DNA of 64,000 bases from Octopus vulgaris (lineage: Eukaryota). The notes under the pieces were generated by a model. It was not told where the DNA came from. It did no database searches and worked only from the letters and a program-made list of their open reading frames with translations. The position numbers were made by a program, and so were the translations under genes. The DNA lies in NCBI GenBank assembly GCA_951406725.2, contig OX597816.1:114452001-114516000 (forward strand), in the 5' to 3' direction. Below, piece by piece: positions 14,267-26,559 of this stretch; the first letter of the stretch is position 1, and each line of letters starts with the position of its first letter.

Positions 14267-14753
14267 AGCGGCGAGCTGGCGGAACCGTTAAGTTCGCTGG
14301 ACAAATAGCCTAGCGGCATTTCGTCCGCTTTTGTGTTCTGAGCTCAAATTCCGCCTAGGTTGACTTTGCCTTTCATCCTTTCGGGGTCGATGAAATAAGT
14401 ACCGGTCAAGTATGGGGGGTGGGGGGTAATCGACTTCCACCTTCCCCACGAAAAAAAAATAATAATAATTATAAATAAATAAATGCCAGCCCTGTGCCAA
14501 AATTTGAAACTTAATTTTAAAATAAAGATTATAGGATTCATTAATTTTGATTTCAAATTTTGGAACGTGGACAGAAATTTCGGGGGAGAGGGTATATCGA
14601 TTACATCAACCCCAGTGTTCGATTGATACTTATTTGATCGACCCCGAAAGAATAAAAGGTAAAGTCGATCTCGGTGGAATCTGAACTCAGAACATAGAGA
14701 TGAAATACTGCAAAACATTTTGCTCGGCGTGCTCACGATTCTACCAGCTCGTC
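14267..14753. mobile_element. Tail-to-tail inverted pair of the ~215-bp SINE (14267-14510 +, 14550-14753 -)
   Basis: Both copies match the family core in opposite orientation. Confidence 0.9.
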
Positions 14754-14957
14754 GGAACACTAATTTTGATAACAATAATTGTTTCAGGACATTATCTGTG
14801 ATTATAATCAGATTTCCTCTGTTTAATATGGACGCATAGAACAGACGGGTGAAATGTACAAACATGATTAAATATGTAGATTGCTGAATTATAAATTAAT
14901 TACGAGACAATTGGATGCCTTTCTCATAAAACAAGTGCGCGTGCACGAGCGTGTTTG

Positions 14958-15002
<45 letters not shown>

Positions 15003-15447
15003 AGGAAAGCTTAAAAGAATTCAAAAATCAAAATAAGAGGGAGAAATAACCACTGATAAAGAGATCCCAAAGGTTTGGCCTGCAGTATTAAATAAAAGAA
15101 TATTTAGGAAGGCTATCATTATCGATCAGTTACATGAAAATCAAAACAAACAACTTCTAAAGTCAACTGGTCAGTTGCTGATACATTGCAGGAGGGAAAA
15201 TAGTATTCTAATACGATAAACATGAAAAGGTTTCCTCTGTGAACTGCCTCGCGAGTTTTAATGAGTAATAATAGCATGTATTCGGGACAATTCTATTTAT
15301 TCATTTATCTATTTTGTAAGAGATAACGAGAGGAAGAGAGGCAGTCAAATAAACAAGTATATTACTATTACATATTTTATCAACAACGTCAAGATGAAAG
15401 GCAAAGTCGACTCCAGCGTAATTTAACATCACTATGCTTCACCTTGC

Positions 15448-15749
15448 GGAGGCACATGGCCTACTGGTTGGAGCAGCGGACTCGCGATCTAGGGATCGCG
15501 GGTTCGAATCTCAGACCGGGCGATGTGTGTGTTTATGAGCGAAACACCTAAGTTCCATGCGGCTCCGGCAGAAGGCAATGGCGAACTTCAGCTGACTCTT
15601 TCGCCACAACTCTCTCTTACTCTTTCCCCCTGCATCTTGCAGCTCACCTGCGACGGACCGGCGTCCCGTTCAGGTGGGGAACCTATACGCCAAGGAAACA
15701 GGGAAACCGGCCCTTATGAGCCGGGCATGACTCGAGAAGGAACAAACAA
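15448..15749 (+). mobile_element. tRNA-derived SINE, OR2-like
   Basis: Head ggaggcacatggcctactggttggagcagcggactcgcga...gggttcgaatctcagacc with A/B boxes; shares its 5' part with the OR1-like copies and has a different 3' part ending gaaggaacaaacaa. Confidence 0.88.
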
Positions 15750-15832
15750 TGCTTCACCTTATTAACAAGAAGCTTATTGTTATTAACTTCATTGTTAATA
15801 AGGTGATGCATAGTGGTGTTAACAATAATAAT

Positions 15833-16045
15833 ACTTTCGATTAGAGGTACAAGACCAGAAATTTTTGCGCGAAGGAGGTTGTCGGTTATATCGACCCCAA
15901 TGCTCAACAGGTACATTATTCCATCGCCCCCGAAAGGACAAGGGGAAAATACGACATCGGCGGTATTTGAACTCAGAGCGTAAAGATGGACGATATGTCG
16001 CTAAGCATTTTCCCCGGCGTGCTAACGATTCTGCCAGCACGCCGT
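15833..16045 (-). mobile_element. ~215-bp SINE copy
   Basis: Degenerate match to the family core. Confidence 0.85.
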
Positions 16046-16231
16046 TTCAAGCAACGATGTTCTATGATTTTGGTACATGCTTACAAATTTGAATGCAGAA
16101 GATGGGCATAAGCATAATTGGTTGAACTAGAGGGCTCTAAACTAAATACTGTTAGACAATAGTTTCGACATTTGAACTGTTACCATTTCATTATATAAAT
16201 ACTACTGAATTGGATGAATGATTAGAGCGCC

Positions 16232-16493
16232 CTATTCTGTCTTGTCTACATAGCTTCTCACAAACCGACGAAGTTGATTGTGTGTGTAACGGTTAGGATA
16301 AAATTTTCTGGACGTTGTACAAGGTTTCCAGACTGAAAAATCTTCCGAAATAGGATGTTCAATTGATCCACCTTTCTTGGAAGGAATCTTCACCCACACT
16401 CTCTCCACAAAATCATTCATTTTATCCACCATTGACCCACTGTAGAATGCAAGGGTTAATATATCATCGGCTGTGTAGCAATGGAGCCGATTC
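16232..16493 (-). CDS. Candidate terminal coding exon of an unidentified gene (NRLHCYTADDILTLAFYSGSMVDKMNDFVERVWVK...RRFVRSYVDKTE*)
   Basis: About 105 open codons of non-repetitive sequence; two phase-2 acceptors (catattag|G at 16493; cccttgcattctacag|T at 16439); lies at the edge of the CpG-depleted block. No homology recognised. Confidence 0.35.
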
Positions 16494-16747
16494 CTAATAT
16501 GTAGTTTAGATGTGAAAGGAATTATGAAATTGTGCCACTCTAATAATTAAACCAGTTACAAATATCGTATTCCCGCATTCAACAAGTGCCAACTAAACAG
16601 ACGGATCGATAAAAGTGTAGTAACACCAATGGCCACATCTTACTGGCTAAAACAAGTAAAAGATGAAAGATGAACGATAGAAGATATGTAGGGATAGACA
16701 TTGATATATGAATCTCCTTCTCTCTCTTATATATATATATTCTTTTA

Positions 16748-17134
16748 TTTCTTTTATTTGTTTCTGTCATTTGACTGCAGCCATGCTGGAGCACCGTCTT
16801 TAGTCGAGCAAATCGACCCTAGTTCTTATTCTTTGTAAGCCTAGTACTTATTCAATCGGTCCCTTTTGCCAAACCGTTAAGTTATGGAGACGTAAACACA
16901 CTAACATCAGTTGTCAAGCGATGTTGGGGGACAAACACAGACACACAAACACATACATACATACATATAAATCCGATGGGCTTCTTTCAGTTTCCGTCTA
17001 CCAAATCCACTCACAAGGCTTTTGGTCGGCCCAAGGATATAGTAGAAGACACTTGCCCAAGATGCCATACTGTGGGACTGAACCAGGAATCATGTGATTT
17101 GTAAGCAAGCTACTTACCACACAGCCACTCCTGA
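16748..17134 (-). mobile_element. OK-like tRNA-derived SINE with internal (TA/TG)n
   Basis: Reverse complement of the family seen at 44608-45005. Confidence 0.92.
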
Positions 17135-18659
17135 TATATGTATATGTATGTATATATATATATATATGTGTACACACCACACACATTCACATATAAATCA
17201 TGTGCATGCATATATATGCGTGTTTGAATATATATATATGTATATATAAGTATATATATGTATATATAAGTATATACATAAATATTTGGCACGGCTTATA
17301 CAACTGAATGTCCTTCCTTGTTGATGTAAAAAGAGGGCATCCTACCATGCCAAAGGACATCAGAGCGTACTACAGGCCTTTGGCTCTTTAGATTCTGTCA
17401 AACTGTCCAACCTATGCTAGCCAGAAAAACGGATGTATGATGATGATGATGATGATGATGAAGATGATATATTATAGCATTTATCTGTTCATAAAATCAG
17501 CAAAAACATAAGTATTTGATTCAATGAGATAAATATCATTTAATGAATATTGGAGTTATACATAAACTATTTCAACTTTCATGCTTCAGTATTGCTGTAA
17601 CTGGACATTTTTGAATACTGTACCATGCATGTTAAAAAGAAAAAAAACAATTCTATGGGAAGGGAGACAATTCCTGTCATGTAAGCTAGGTTAAGTAGTT
17701 TTGAAAAGTTAAATTGTTAAAACTGAGTGTTTAATGCATTTAAACTGGGTATTGTAATCTAAAAAGTTAAGCCAAGGAGGAGAAGGCTAAAACAATAAAC
17801 TGTGTGTCTAATCCAATGAAAATGAGGATTTCCAGTTCGAAAACAGAAACTTGTCAACATGCATACATCTTGTAAAGATTTTGGACCTCAAGTTTAGCAA
17901 GTCAGTACAGTTCTTTGATCGAACAAGGATATGTGATTCTCAGATTGAAGAACTGCACTGACCTTCTAGATTTAAGATTGAATTCTTTACAGATTGTATG
18001 CAATTCGACAACTTTCTGTTAATGAATTGGAAGCCACTCCCTTCCTCAGACACACAGGTAATGCACTTTACACTTCCCCTATTCAATTACTCCCAATATG
18101 TATAATGTTTTGGATGTCAACACCTAGTTAAAACACATTAATCACAAAAAATTGACAATGTTTTTCTTTCAAAAAATTACAGGGACATAAGCTAGAATCC
18201 TTATGGAATAGCCACGTTATTTCAGGCTGAACAGTTGCTAGAATGTACACAGCACGATATACAAGCCCATCCAAGTACCTCACTATCTGTGCAGGAAATT
18301 TCAAGTAGCTCATGTATAACACCTGTATTCATTAAGTTACACACACACACATAGAAAATGTACAGACACAAGCACATACATTAATATATAACATGCCTTC
18401 TCTTATACACGTAATATACATACACATACATTTGAGAGTGTGTGCATGTGTGTATTACATACAAGTTATAAGTGTAGAGGCATGGATGTGTGGTTAAGAA
18501 GTTTACTTGCTGAACACTTGATTTTAGGTTCAATACTATAGTGTGACAATTTGGAATGAGATTCTTTTACTACAGGCCTGGGTACAACAAGGCCTTGAGA
18601 GTGAATTTCTTAGACAGAAACTGAAAAGAAGCCCATGAGGTATGTATGACCATGTGAGC

Positions 18660-18716
<57 letters not shown>

Positions 18717-18929
18717 AGTGTGATTATGTGAGTATGTCTGTGGGAGTATGACCTTGTCTAACATCACACGATAGCAGTAAACAAGCATCACCATCATATT
18801 AGTGAGGTGGATATAGGTGACAGGAGGGAGAAAATGCTATCTGAAAATCTACTTGCCAAATTCCGTCTGATCCATGCAATCATTGAAAAGTGTACATAAA
18901 AACGATTATTATGATATATATTAATATAT

Positions 18930-19121
18930 AAAAAGCACCATCCGTCCGTGGCCGTTTGCCAGCTCCGTCTGGCACCTGTGCGGGTGGCACGTAAAAAGCA
19001 CCCACTACACTCACAGATCAGACTGGGCCTGATGCAGCCTTCTGGCTTCACAGACCCCAGTTGAACCGTCCAACCCATGCTAGCATGGAAAGCGGACGCT
19101 TAATGATGATGATGATGATGA

Positions 19122-19124
<3 letters not shown>
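18930..19124 (+). mobile_element. Retroposon 3' tail ending in (GAT)n (RTE-LINE/SINE-type); relatives near 17330-17460, 26920-27150(-), 29410-29605, 32140-32400, 33700-33930(-)
   Basis: Recurrent motif ccgtccaacccatgctagcatggaaagcggacg.t(a)aatgatgatgat. Confidence 0.75.
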
Positions 19125-19153
<29 letters not shown>

Positions 19154-19159
<6 letters not shown>

Positions 19160-19204
19160 TATTAGAGAGTTATCCACTATGTGGATAACTCTCTAATAAT
19201 TTAT
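19154..19204. repeat. Perfect 24-bp inverted repeat with 3-nt loop
   Basis: ataaattattagagagttatccac-tat-gtggataactctctaataatttat. Confidence 0.95.
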
Positions 19205-19344
19205 GTATAAATTTGTATTTTCTCCGTAGTTTTTTGTGCTAAGCCACTTGGTGTTAAATTAATGGTATTATTAAATTAATATCGATTTTTCACCCTCATT
19301 TATAATAATTATATATATATATGTATATATTTATATATACATAT

Positions 19345-19392
<48 letters not shown>

Positions 19393-19649
19393 GTAAATAC
19401 ATGTACATACAAGTGTGAGTATGTAAATGTTTGCATCTCTTTGTCTTGTCATCCTGTGATAGTTAAAAAACAAGCATTACTGACATAGAAGCATTATGAT
19501 TCACTTCCCAAATTTGTCCAAAAAACATGCTTGGCCATGAGATATATGTCTGTCTGTCTGTCTTCTTCCCCTCCTCTCTCTCTCTCTATCTATCTATCTA
19601 TATATATATATATGCATTGACAGATAAATGAAAGGATACATACTAAGAC

Positions 19650-19708
<59 letters not shown>

Positions 19709-20006
19709 AAGTGATATACCTATATCTAGACTGCATGACAATTGCAACAATATGCATCAAAATTTGCAACTGACTCATGTAAGCATAGAAAAGTGCATGT
19801 TAAAATGACGAAGATAACCATGAAACCAAAGATATATAAATATGTGCAAATACACACACACATACACACAAATGCATAGATACAACTATAAACCATATAC
19901 ATAAGTATACATGTATAAACACACACACACACTTATATATATACATATATGTATATATACATTTCTATAACTATACACATGTATATATGTGAATATATCT
20001 ATCTAT

Positions 20007-20061
<55 letters not shown>

Positions 20062-20279
20062 TATGCATAAATACATATATGAATATGCATATATAAAAAC
20101 ATATATATATAAATATATGATTATATATAAAAGCATTTACATATGTGTGTGTGTGTACATATAACGGGAAGCTTTATGAAAATAAACAAAAGACGAAGGC
20201 AGGTGGAAAACAAACGAACAATATATATACATATATATACATATATATACATATATATATATATACATATATGTACATA

Positions 20280-20323
<44 letters not shown>

Positions 20324-20692
20324 ATATTAATTTATTATTCTTTTATTCCTTTACTGGTTTCAACCTGATGCTTGGGTTATGCTGGAGCACCACCTTTCAG
20401 TATTTTAGGGTCTCCTTTTGGTACTGTTTTTTATACTTAACTATACATATACATATATATAGACACACACATATGTATTTATATATATACTGATATATAC
20501 ATATACACATATATTACATACACCAATATAAATATATTTATATATATATTGATATATACATATACACATATATTACATACACCAATATAAATATATTTAT
20601 ATAGATATATATAAAAAACCTGGTGCTATGTAGCTAAATGTTTCTTAAGTACTACGATTCTCATATACATATATGTATATATGTATGTATTA

Positions 20693-20905
20693 CTCTTTAC
20701 TCTTTTACTCTTTTACTTGTTTCAGTCATTTGACTGCAGTCATGCTGGAGCACCGCCTTTAATCGAGCAACTCGACCCCGGGACTTATTCTTTGTAAGCC
20801 CGGTACTTATTCTATCGGTCTCTTTTGCCGAACCACTAAGTGACGGGGACATAAACACACCAGCATCGGTTGTCAAGCAATGCTAGGGGGACAAACACAA
20901 ACATA
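20693..20905 (-). mobile_element. OK-like SINE, 3' half
   Basis: Close match to 44810-45005, reversed. Confidence 0.9.
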
Positions 20906-20973
20906 CACGCACACACACATATACATATATATATATACATATGTATGTATATATATACATGAGCATACATATA

Positions 20974-21019
<46 letters not shown>

Positions 21020-21296
21020 CATACATATATATATTCTTTTATGTTTCAGCCATCTGACTGCAACCATGCTGGAGCACTGCCTTAAAGGGTTCTAGTCAAA
21101 GAAATTGACCCCACGACTTATTTTTTCTATGGCTTATACTTATTCTATCAGTCTCTTTTGTTGAATTGCTAAGTTATGGGGATATAAACACACCAACATC
21201 AATTGTCAAGTGATAGTGGAGGGACAAACAGTCTCAAAGATACACATACAAATATATATATATATATATATATACACAATGAGCTTCCTTCAGTTT

Positions 21297-21939
21297 TTTA
21301 CTTCTTTCTTGCCCACAAGGGGTTAAACATAGAGGGTACAAATAAGGGATCTTTTCGGTCTGAACGGCAGTTTTTTCTAGCGGTTTTGTATGAAATTGTC
21401 ACCCATAATTATGACCCTAGCATCAATCTATTGCATTTCAATCTGTTTTAGGGTTAGGGTTAGAGTTAGGGTTACTTAGGGTTAGGGGTGGGGGGAAGGG
21501 TATCTGTTTTTCTTCAGAAATGTAAATAAACCCAATCTGTTTCTCAATAGACGTCAAGGATTGGTTGAAATTGCAGAAATTGAAGAAACAAAACAACAAA
21601 TATCTTACAAACTATAGAATTTTCTCAATAAAGCCAAGAGGAAAAGACGTTTTATAAACACATTCTACCAGTATACGAAGTTTAAAAGTGTTTAGTCATG
21701 TGGAAATTATTTAAAAAAAACTGTTGGTCAAACCGGAAAGATCCCAAATAAGGACGGATAAAGGGATTAAGTCAATTACATTGACCCCAGTGCATAACTG
21801 GTACTTAATTTATTGCCCCCGAAGGGATGAAAGGCAAAGTCGACTTCAGCGGAATTTGAATTCAGAACGTAATGGCAGATGAAATGCTGCTAACCATTTC
21901 ACCCGGCGTGCTAACATTTCTGCCAGCTCGCCGCCTTCA
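21297..21939 (-). mobile_element. ~230-bp SINE inserted in the OK-like SINE and itself interrupted by a MITE
   Basis: Removing 21346-21751 restores gagggtacaaataaggacggataaagggattaagtc, collinear with the copy at 29649-29875. Confidence 0.9.
21346..21745. mobile_element. 400-bp non-autonomous DNA transposon (MITE) with ~31-bp TIRs, 6-bp TSD and internal (TTAGGG)n
   Basis: TIRs gggatcttttcggtctgaacggcagtttttt and aaaaaactgttggtcaaaccggaaagatccc; aaataa at 21340-21345 and 21746-21751; ttaggg repeats at 21448-21487. Confidence 0.93.
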
Positions 21940-22469
21940 TTCAGTTTCTGTCTACCAAATTCACTCACAAGGCTTTGGTTGGCCCAAGGATATAGCAGAA
22001 AACACTTGCTCAAGGTGCCACATAGTGGGACTGAACCTAGAATCATGTGGTCGTGAAGCAAGTTTCTTACCACACAGCCATGCCTGCACCTATATACACA
22101 CACACATACACACACATGTGTATTTATTTATACTTGTAGAGTCACTTAGTTTTGCCCAACTTTATTTAATTTTTTTCTGTTGAATTTAAATTTTACAATA
22201 ACTTATAACAAGTGACTGTGTGGCACTTTTTGATTATATTTGTGTTTCTGCATATTTTTATTATTGTAATACATTATTCCAAATGTCAGTTTTTGCCACT
22301 TTCTTTGGTGCCTGAATCTTTAGATGCTGTATTTATTTATAATTCTAACTGTGTGCATTTAGAAAATATTATGATTATGTTTTACTTCCTGTGTTTCCTT
22401 GTTATTCTTAGGTGGTCTGCAACATATGAACCAGGATGAATTCAAACAGAGAAGAGCTTTATTCAGCAG

Positions 22470-24240
22470 GAGATCTGGTTTACACAGCATTATACTTCTA
22501 TAGATTGCTGCTCTAATGTAAAAGATGTCTGCTTGGCCCAACATATGATTATGGAACTTATATCTAACTATGAAAGAAACATTAACTTGTCAGTTCAACT
22601 CCAACGAACCCAAGTGTTCCTGAAACCTGTTGATTTTCATAAAATAAGGCAGTTTTACTGGAAACTGGAAGCGCTTGTTCTGAAATCGTATATTTGATGG
22701 GATGAGAGGGTGGCAAGGAATGACAACACCAGTTAGTCATAATGGTGGTTTTGATCACATGGGAGATAAGAGTTCTGACAACAAGCCAAGTACAGTTGCA
22801 GAGTTTTCGCTGCGTCTAAATTTCGTAGTAACATAATAGGTGTTCCTACTTTCGGTTGCAAATTTTGAGGAAGAAATCCAGTGGGTTGAAGAAACTCTGT
22901 TGCTTAGTTGTCAGCATAGTAATCTTCAACTACAGTATGAGTTGACTTGTAAGATCAAGATTGTTCTGGTACTTGTTAAATAATGGTAGCACTATTAGCT
23001 AACAATGTCACAGTATCGTATGCTTTGTATAATTCAACAAGAGGTTAGAAAAACTTTTAATAGCATTTCTTGAGATGTGATGATCCTTACAGAATTTTTT
23101 ATTTTTTATATTTTGACATCTCCACACTCAACATGAACTAATAGCTGAACATTCTTGCAGCAGAAGTAATACTTCTGCAAACTATGCATGATTCTGAGAT
23201 GTCTCAATTGCAAATCTCATGATGGTATAAGATGAAATTTTATCTCTTGTCTTCAAATTTACTTTTCTTTAAGGCATACTCTCAAATCACTAGTAATCAT
23301 CCTTTGGGATGACTAGCAGAGTTGCAGACTTAACCTGAGAGTAACTTCATCTTTCATGTTAGAGTTACCTTTGAGCTCTTGCAAATTATGATAAGAATTC
23401 CAAATGCAAGTTTGTAAGACATTCCGCACTTACACATTGTGCTTGATATAACCTCAGAATCTCAACCTGTCTAGATCCTTTACCAAAATGATGCACATGA
23501 CTATAATAGTGTACAATACTATGGTAATAGCTTAAAAGCAATATGAACAGTCCTCCTAACTCTGAGAAAATCTGTATAAATTCCAGATGAGATCACTATA
23601 CAATAGGTATCAGCTTCTCTGATTTAACTTTTGTCAAAATTAGTTTGATCAAAAGAGTTTTGTCTTTGCTGCCAGTAACACCAAGGAAAATTACTATCTT
23701 GTTTGGCCATGTATAAGCATTGTTTCTTAACTGTAATGCAGAGCAATTCATTACAGTGGACATAATGTCCAATACATGAATGTCATAGCCGATTACCTGA
23801 AGCATCTTTCAGTTGAGAGTTACAGTTGCAGTTCATACTGGAAATGGCAGTCTATGCTGTTCAAGCACTTTATCAGGGATGGACTACTCAGAATTTTCAA
23901 TGGGATTTAGTGCCACATTGTACAAAGCAGATATAAACTCTAGACACAGGCTCTTGATACTTGTGCTTCATACTTTATGGTTTCTATCAATGCTCTCTTA
24001 GTAACCATGCCAAAATTGCTGACGATTAGATGGTGAACAAGTACAGAAAATGATAGTGAAGAGGGTTCTTATCTTGCCAGTAGAATAGAAGACTGAAGTT
24101 CTTCCAAGGTACTGTTTCAACATGCAGTGTTTTCAAAAATTTCTGATAAACTGTGGTATGTTATGCATACATCAAGCAACACATTTAAGTTCTTGGAACT
24201 AGATTGGACAGTAAATATTGCGTAGGTGTTGCTGGAGATT
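22470..24240 (-). mobile_element. Decayed Helitron Rep/helicase ORF (PIF1-family helicase domain and upstream linker)
   Basis: Across stops and frameshifts: KIRTLFTIIFCTCSPSNRQQFW; LYNVALNPIEN; IFLGVTGSKDKTLLIKLILTKVKSEK (Walker A, canonical FLDAPGGTGKTFLINLIL); VISSGIYTDFLRVRRTVHIAFKL (VASSGIAATLL.GGRTAHS.FKL); KCGMSYKLAF (DECTM); LQPKVGTPIMLLRNLD..LCNCTWLVV; IPCHPLIPSNIRFQNKRFQFPVKLPYFMKINRFQ; CFFHS*I*V (CFSHGQLYV). Confidence 0.93.
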
Positions 24241-26559
24241 TAGATATGTTGTTAAAATTCTTCATTTAAAAATCATATATTTAAAAAGTTAGCACATGGA
24301 TTCAAATATTATGGTAGCTAGAAAATAATTTCTTCTTTCATTGTTTTGCATCTTAATATATATGTATTAATATCAAATCAGGAGACAATTGTATTTCACA
24401 CAAAATATATAGATGGTATATATATTGGAAAGTTGTTGTTATTAAAATTTCTCATGTAAGAAAATCATATCTTCAAAAAGTTAGTATTGTTTCACATTTA
24501 AATTTATTCATACTTCTAAAATATTTAGGTATTATGCACAGAGAATTGGACTGTAACTTTTTATAATATTTCAAATAAATGTAATCTTAAAAAAAAAGTT
24601 AATTTTTTTTAAAGTTTCAAATACCATGGAGCAGAAGTCCAGAATATATTGGAAATATAAAACAAAGTGAAAGGTGAAACAATGAAATGATAATTTTCTG
24701 TCTCCATGGTATTTGAAACTGTGTACAAAGAGTTACATATATATATTGTATACAAACCGTTTTATATATATATATATACTCACACACAAACATACACATG
24801 TATATACACATGCGTGTGCAACACACATATACATACACACAAGTATATATTACCACAGACTAGAAATTTTAACTACTTTGTGATAAGTAGGCAATGAAAG
24901 AAATTAAATTTGTGTATTCTGTTCATATTTTACCTTATTCCTTAATTTCAAATTCAAACCCCATCCAATATTATGAAGAAATTATTATCTCCCTTGTACT
25001 ATCAGTCCACTAGGGACACTACATGTTATATATACATAAATAGACATGAATACACATATAAACCCAAACACACATAAATACATATATATTTATGTATGCA
25101 ATATATAGTCGTTCCTCAGATACTGTCCTCACACAACTAGGTGATCAGTTAGGTCCACAGAAAGACTTGAACCTCTGACAGCATGGCAAAACTGTTCCTG
25201 CTAAAAGTTTCATGGAGAGAGCTTGTTCTCATTGAACTGGATAGATCCTGAGGAGCATACCTCAAACAAAATAACCTATTGTCTCAAAGGCTGACCTTGC
25301 AGAAGAGAGCAATACCTGATGGAGTGGCTAAGAAAGTGCAGCTCAAGTAACACCTGGGCTGATGGCTTTCCATTGCAGGATTGTTGTGTGATCCGGGATT
25401 TCACATTTCAGATGTAATGCAAGAGGATTTTTTTTGTGACATGGGTCACTTCCTGGCAAGTTGGGATTCCCCTTTATCAAAACCCTACCATTTGCAGGCA
25501 TTCATTGATCTTTCCTCATGCACTTCATTCAGAGAAACAAATACACAGAATTTAGAAACAACTGATAACAATGATACATATTATATATACATACGTACGT
25601 ATGTATGCATGTATATTATATATAATAAATATAATATATATTATATATAATATATATTCTATATATATTGTATTATATTATACATATATATATATATTGT
25701 ATTATATACGTACACAGACACGCATATATACATATACATACAATTATACGTACTTGTATGCATATAGATATGTATATACATATAGAAAGATAGGTGTATA
25801 TACATGTATATATCTTTATATATATATGTACACATATATACATGTGTGTGTGTGTGTGTGTGTATCTGCATGGAGTGAAGGAAAATAGGGATTACAGAAA
25901 TCTGGGCAAATGCTCTGTTAGCACTCCCATGCAATAAAGCTGGCCAAGAGAATGTCCAGTGAAGAGTATAGTAAGCTACAGGGTAAACACACAAGGTAAC
26001 CCATACAAAATGTAAATCTGAAGTTATTCCCTGATTGAAAGGCTGATTCATTAACCACAGAGTATAATACCACTTTACAGTACACGAGCAAGTAAATAAA
26101 GGTTTTAGATAGTAGTATTCTTCTCTAACATATATCCAGCGCAAGATGATATGTTGACCACCCAGGATTGTGAATTTGGCAAGTATAATATAGACAGGGT
26201 AGGTTATTTGATATGTCTGTTATCAACAATCCTGTATCTGTAAGAATTAAGAATTTTTTTTTGTAGCAGATTTGGAAAATCTACCATAATAATGTATAAA
26301 GGGCTGAAGAGAATGATTAGGAGTTAACTAATCCATTCATTGATTGATTGTTAAGCTTACAAGCCACTGTATGGCATGGAAACAGTTCTTCAACCTATTC
26401 AAAACACTTGCAAGTGAATAAAGTTATGAAAGAAGATAATTCTTCATTTTTTTCACCCCAGCATGGCCTCAGTCTAATGACGGAAACAACTTAGAAAAAT
26501 GCTGTCACGTGGTTAAGATTTGTTTTGACTCTTATTTCTAGAAATACTGGTGGTCACTA

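Larger units (their letters stand above)
21035..22091 (-). mobile_element. OK-like SINE split by a nested SINE plus MITE
   Basis: 3' half at 21035-21296 and 5' half at 21940-22091; ttcagttt duplicated at 21289-21296 and 21940-21947. Confidence 0.88.

Noticed and set aside
15448-15520. tRNA gene (also 7680-7747, 42480-42550 and 44608-44680)
   Set aside because: A/B boxes continue into SINE bodies or lack an acceptor stem; these are SINE heads.
18128-18322. Minus-strand ORF MSYLKFPAQIVRYLDGLVYRAVY...
   Set aside because: Weak acceptor, no homology recognised, and overlaps a competing plus-strand model.
20490-20605. Short tandem duplications (also 5397-5452, 27838-27920, 49131-49177, 58084-58146)
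   Set aside because: Ordinary slippage products in low-complexity DNA.
21448-21487. Telomere or chromosome-fusion scar
   Set aside because: Short, in one orientation, and internal to a TIR-bounded MITE.
23596-23805. GVTGSKDKT as a Mur-ligase-like P-loop gene
   Set aside because: Flanking motifs show it is the decayed Walker A of the Helitron helicase.
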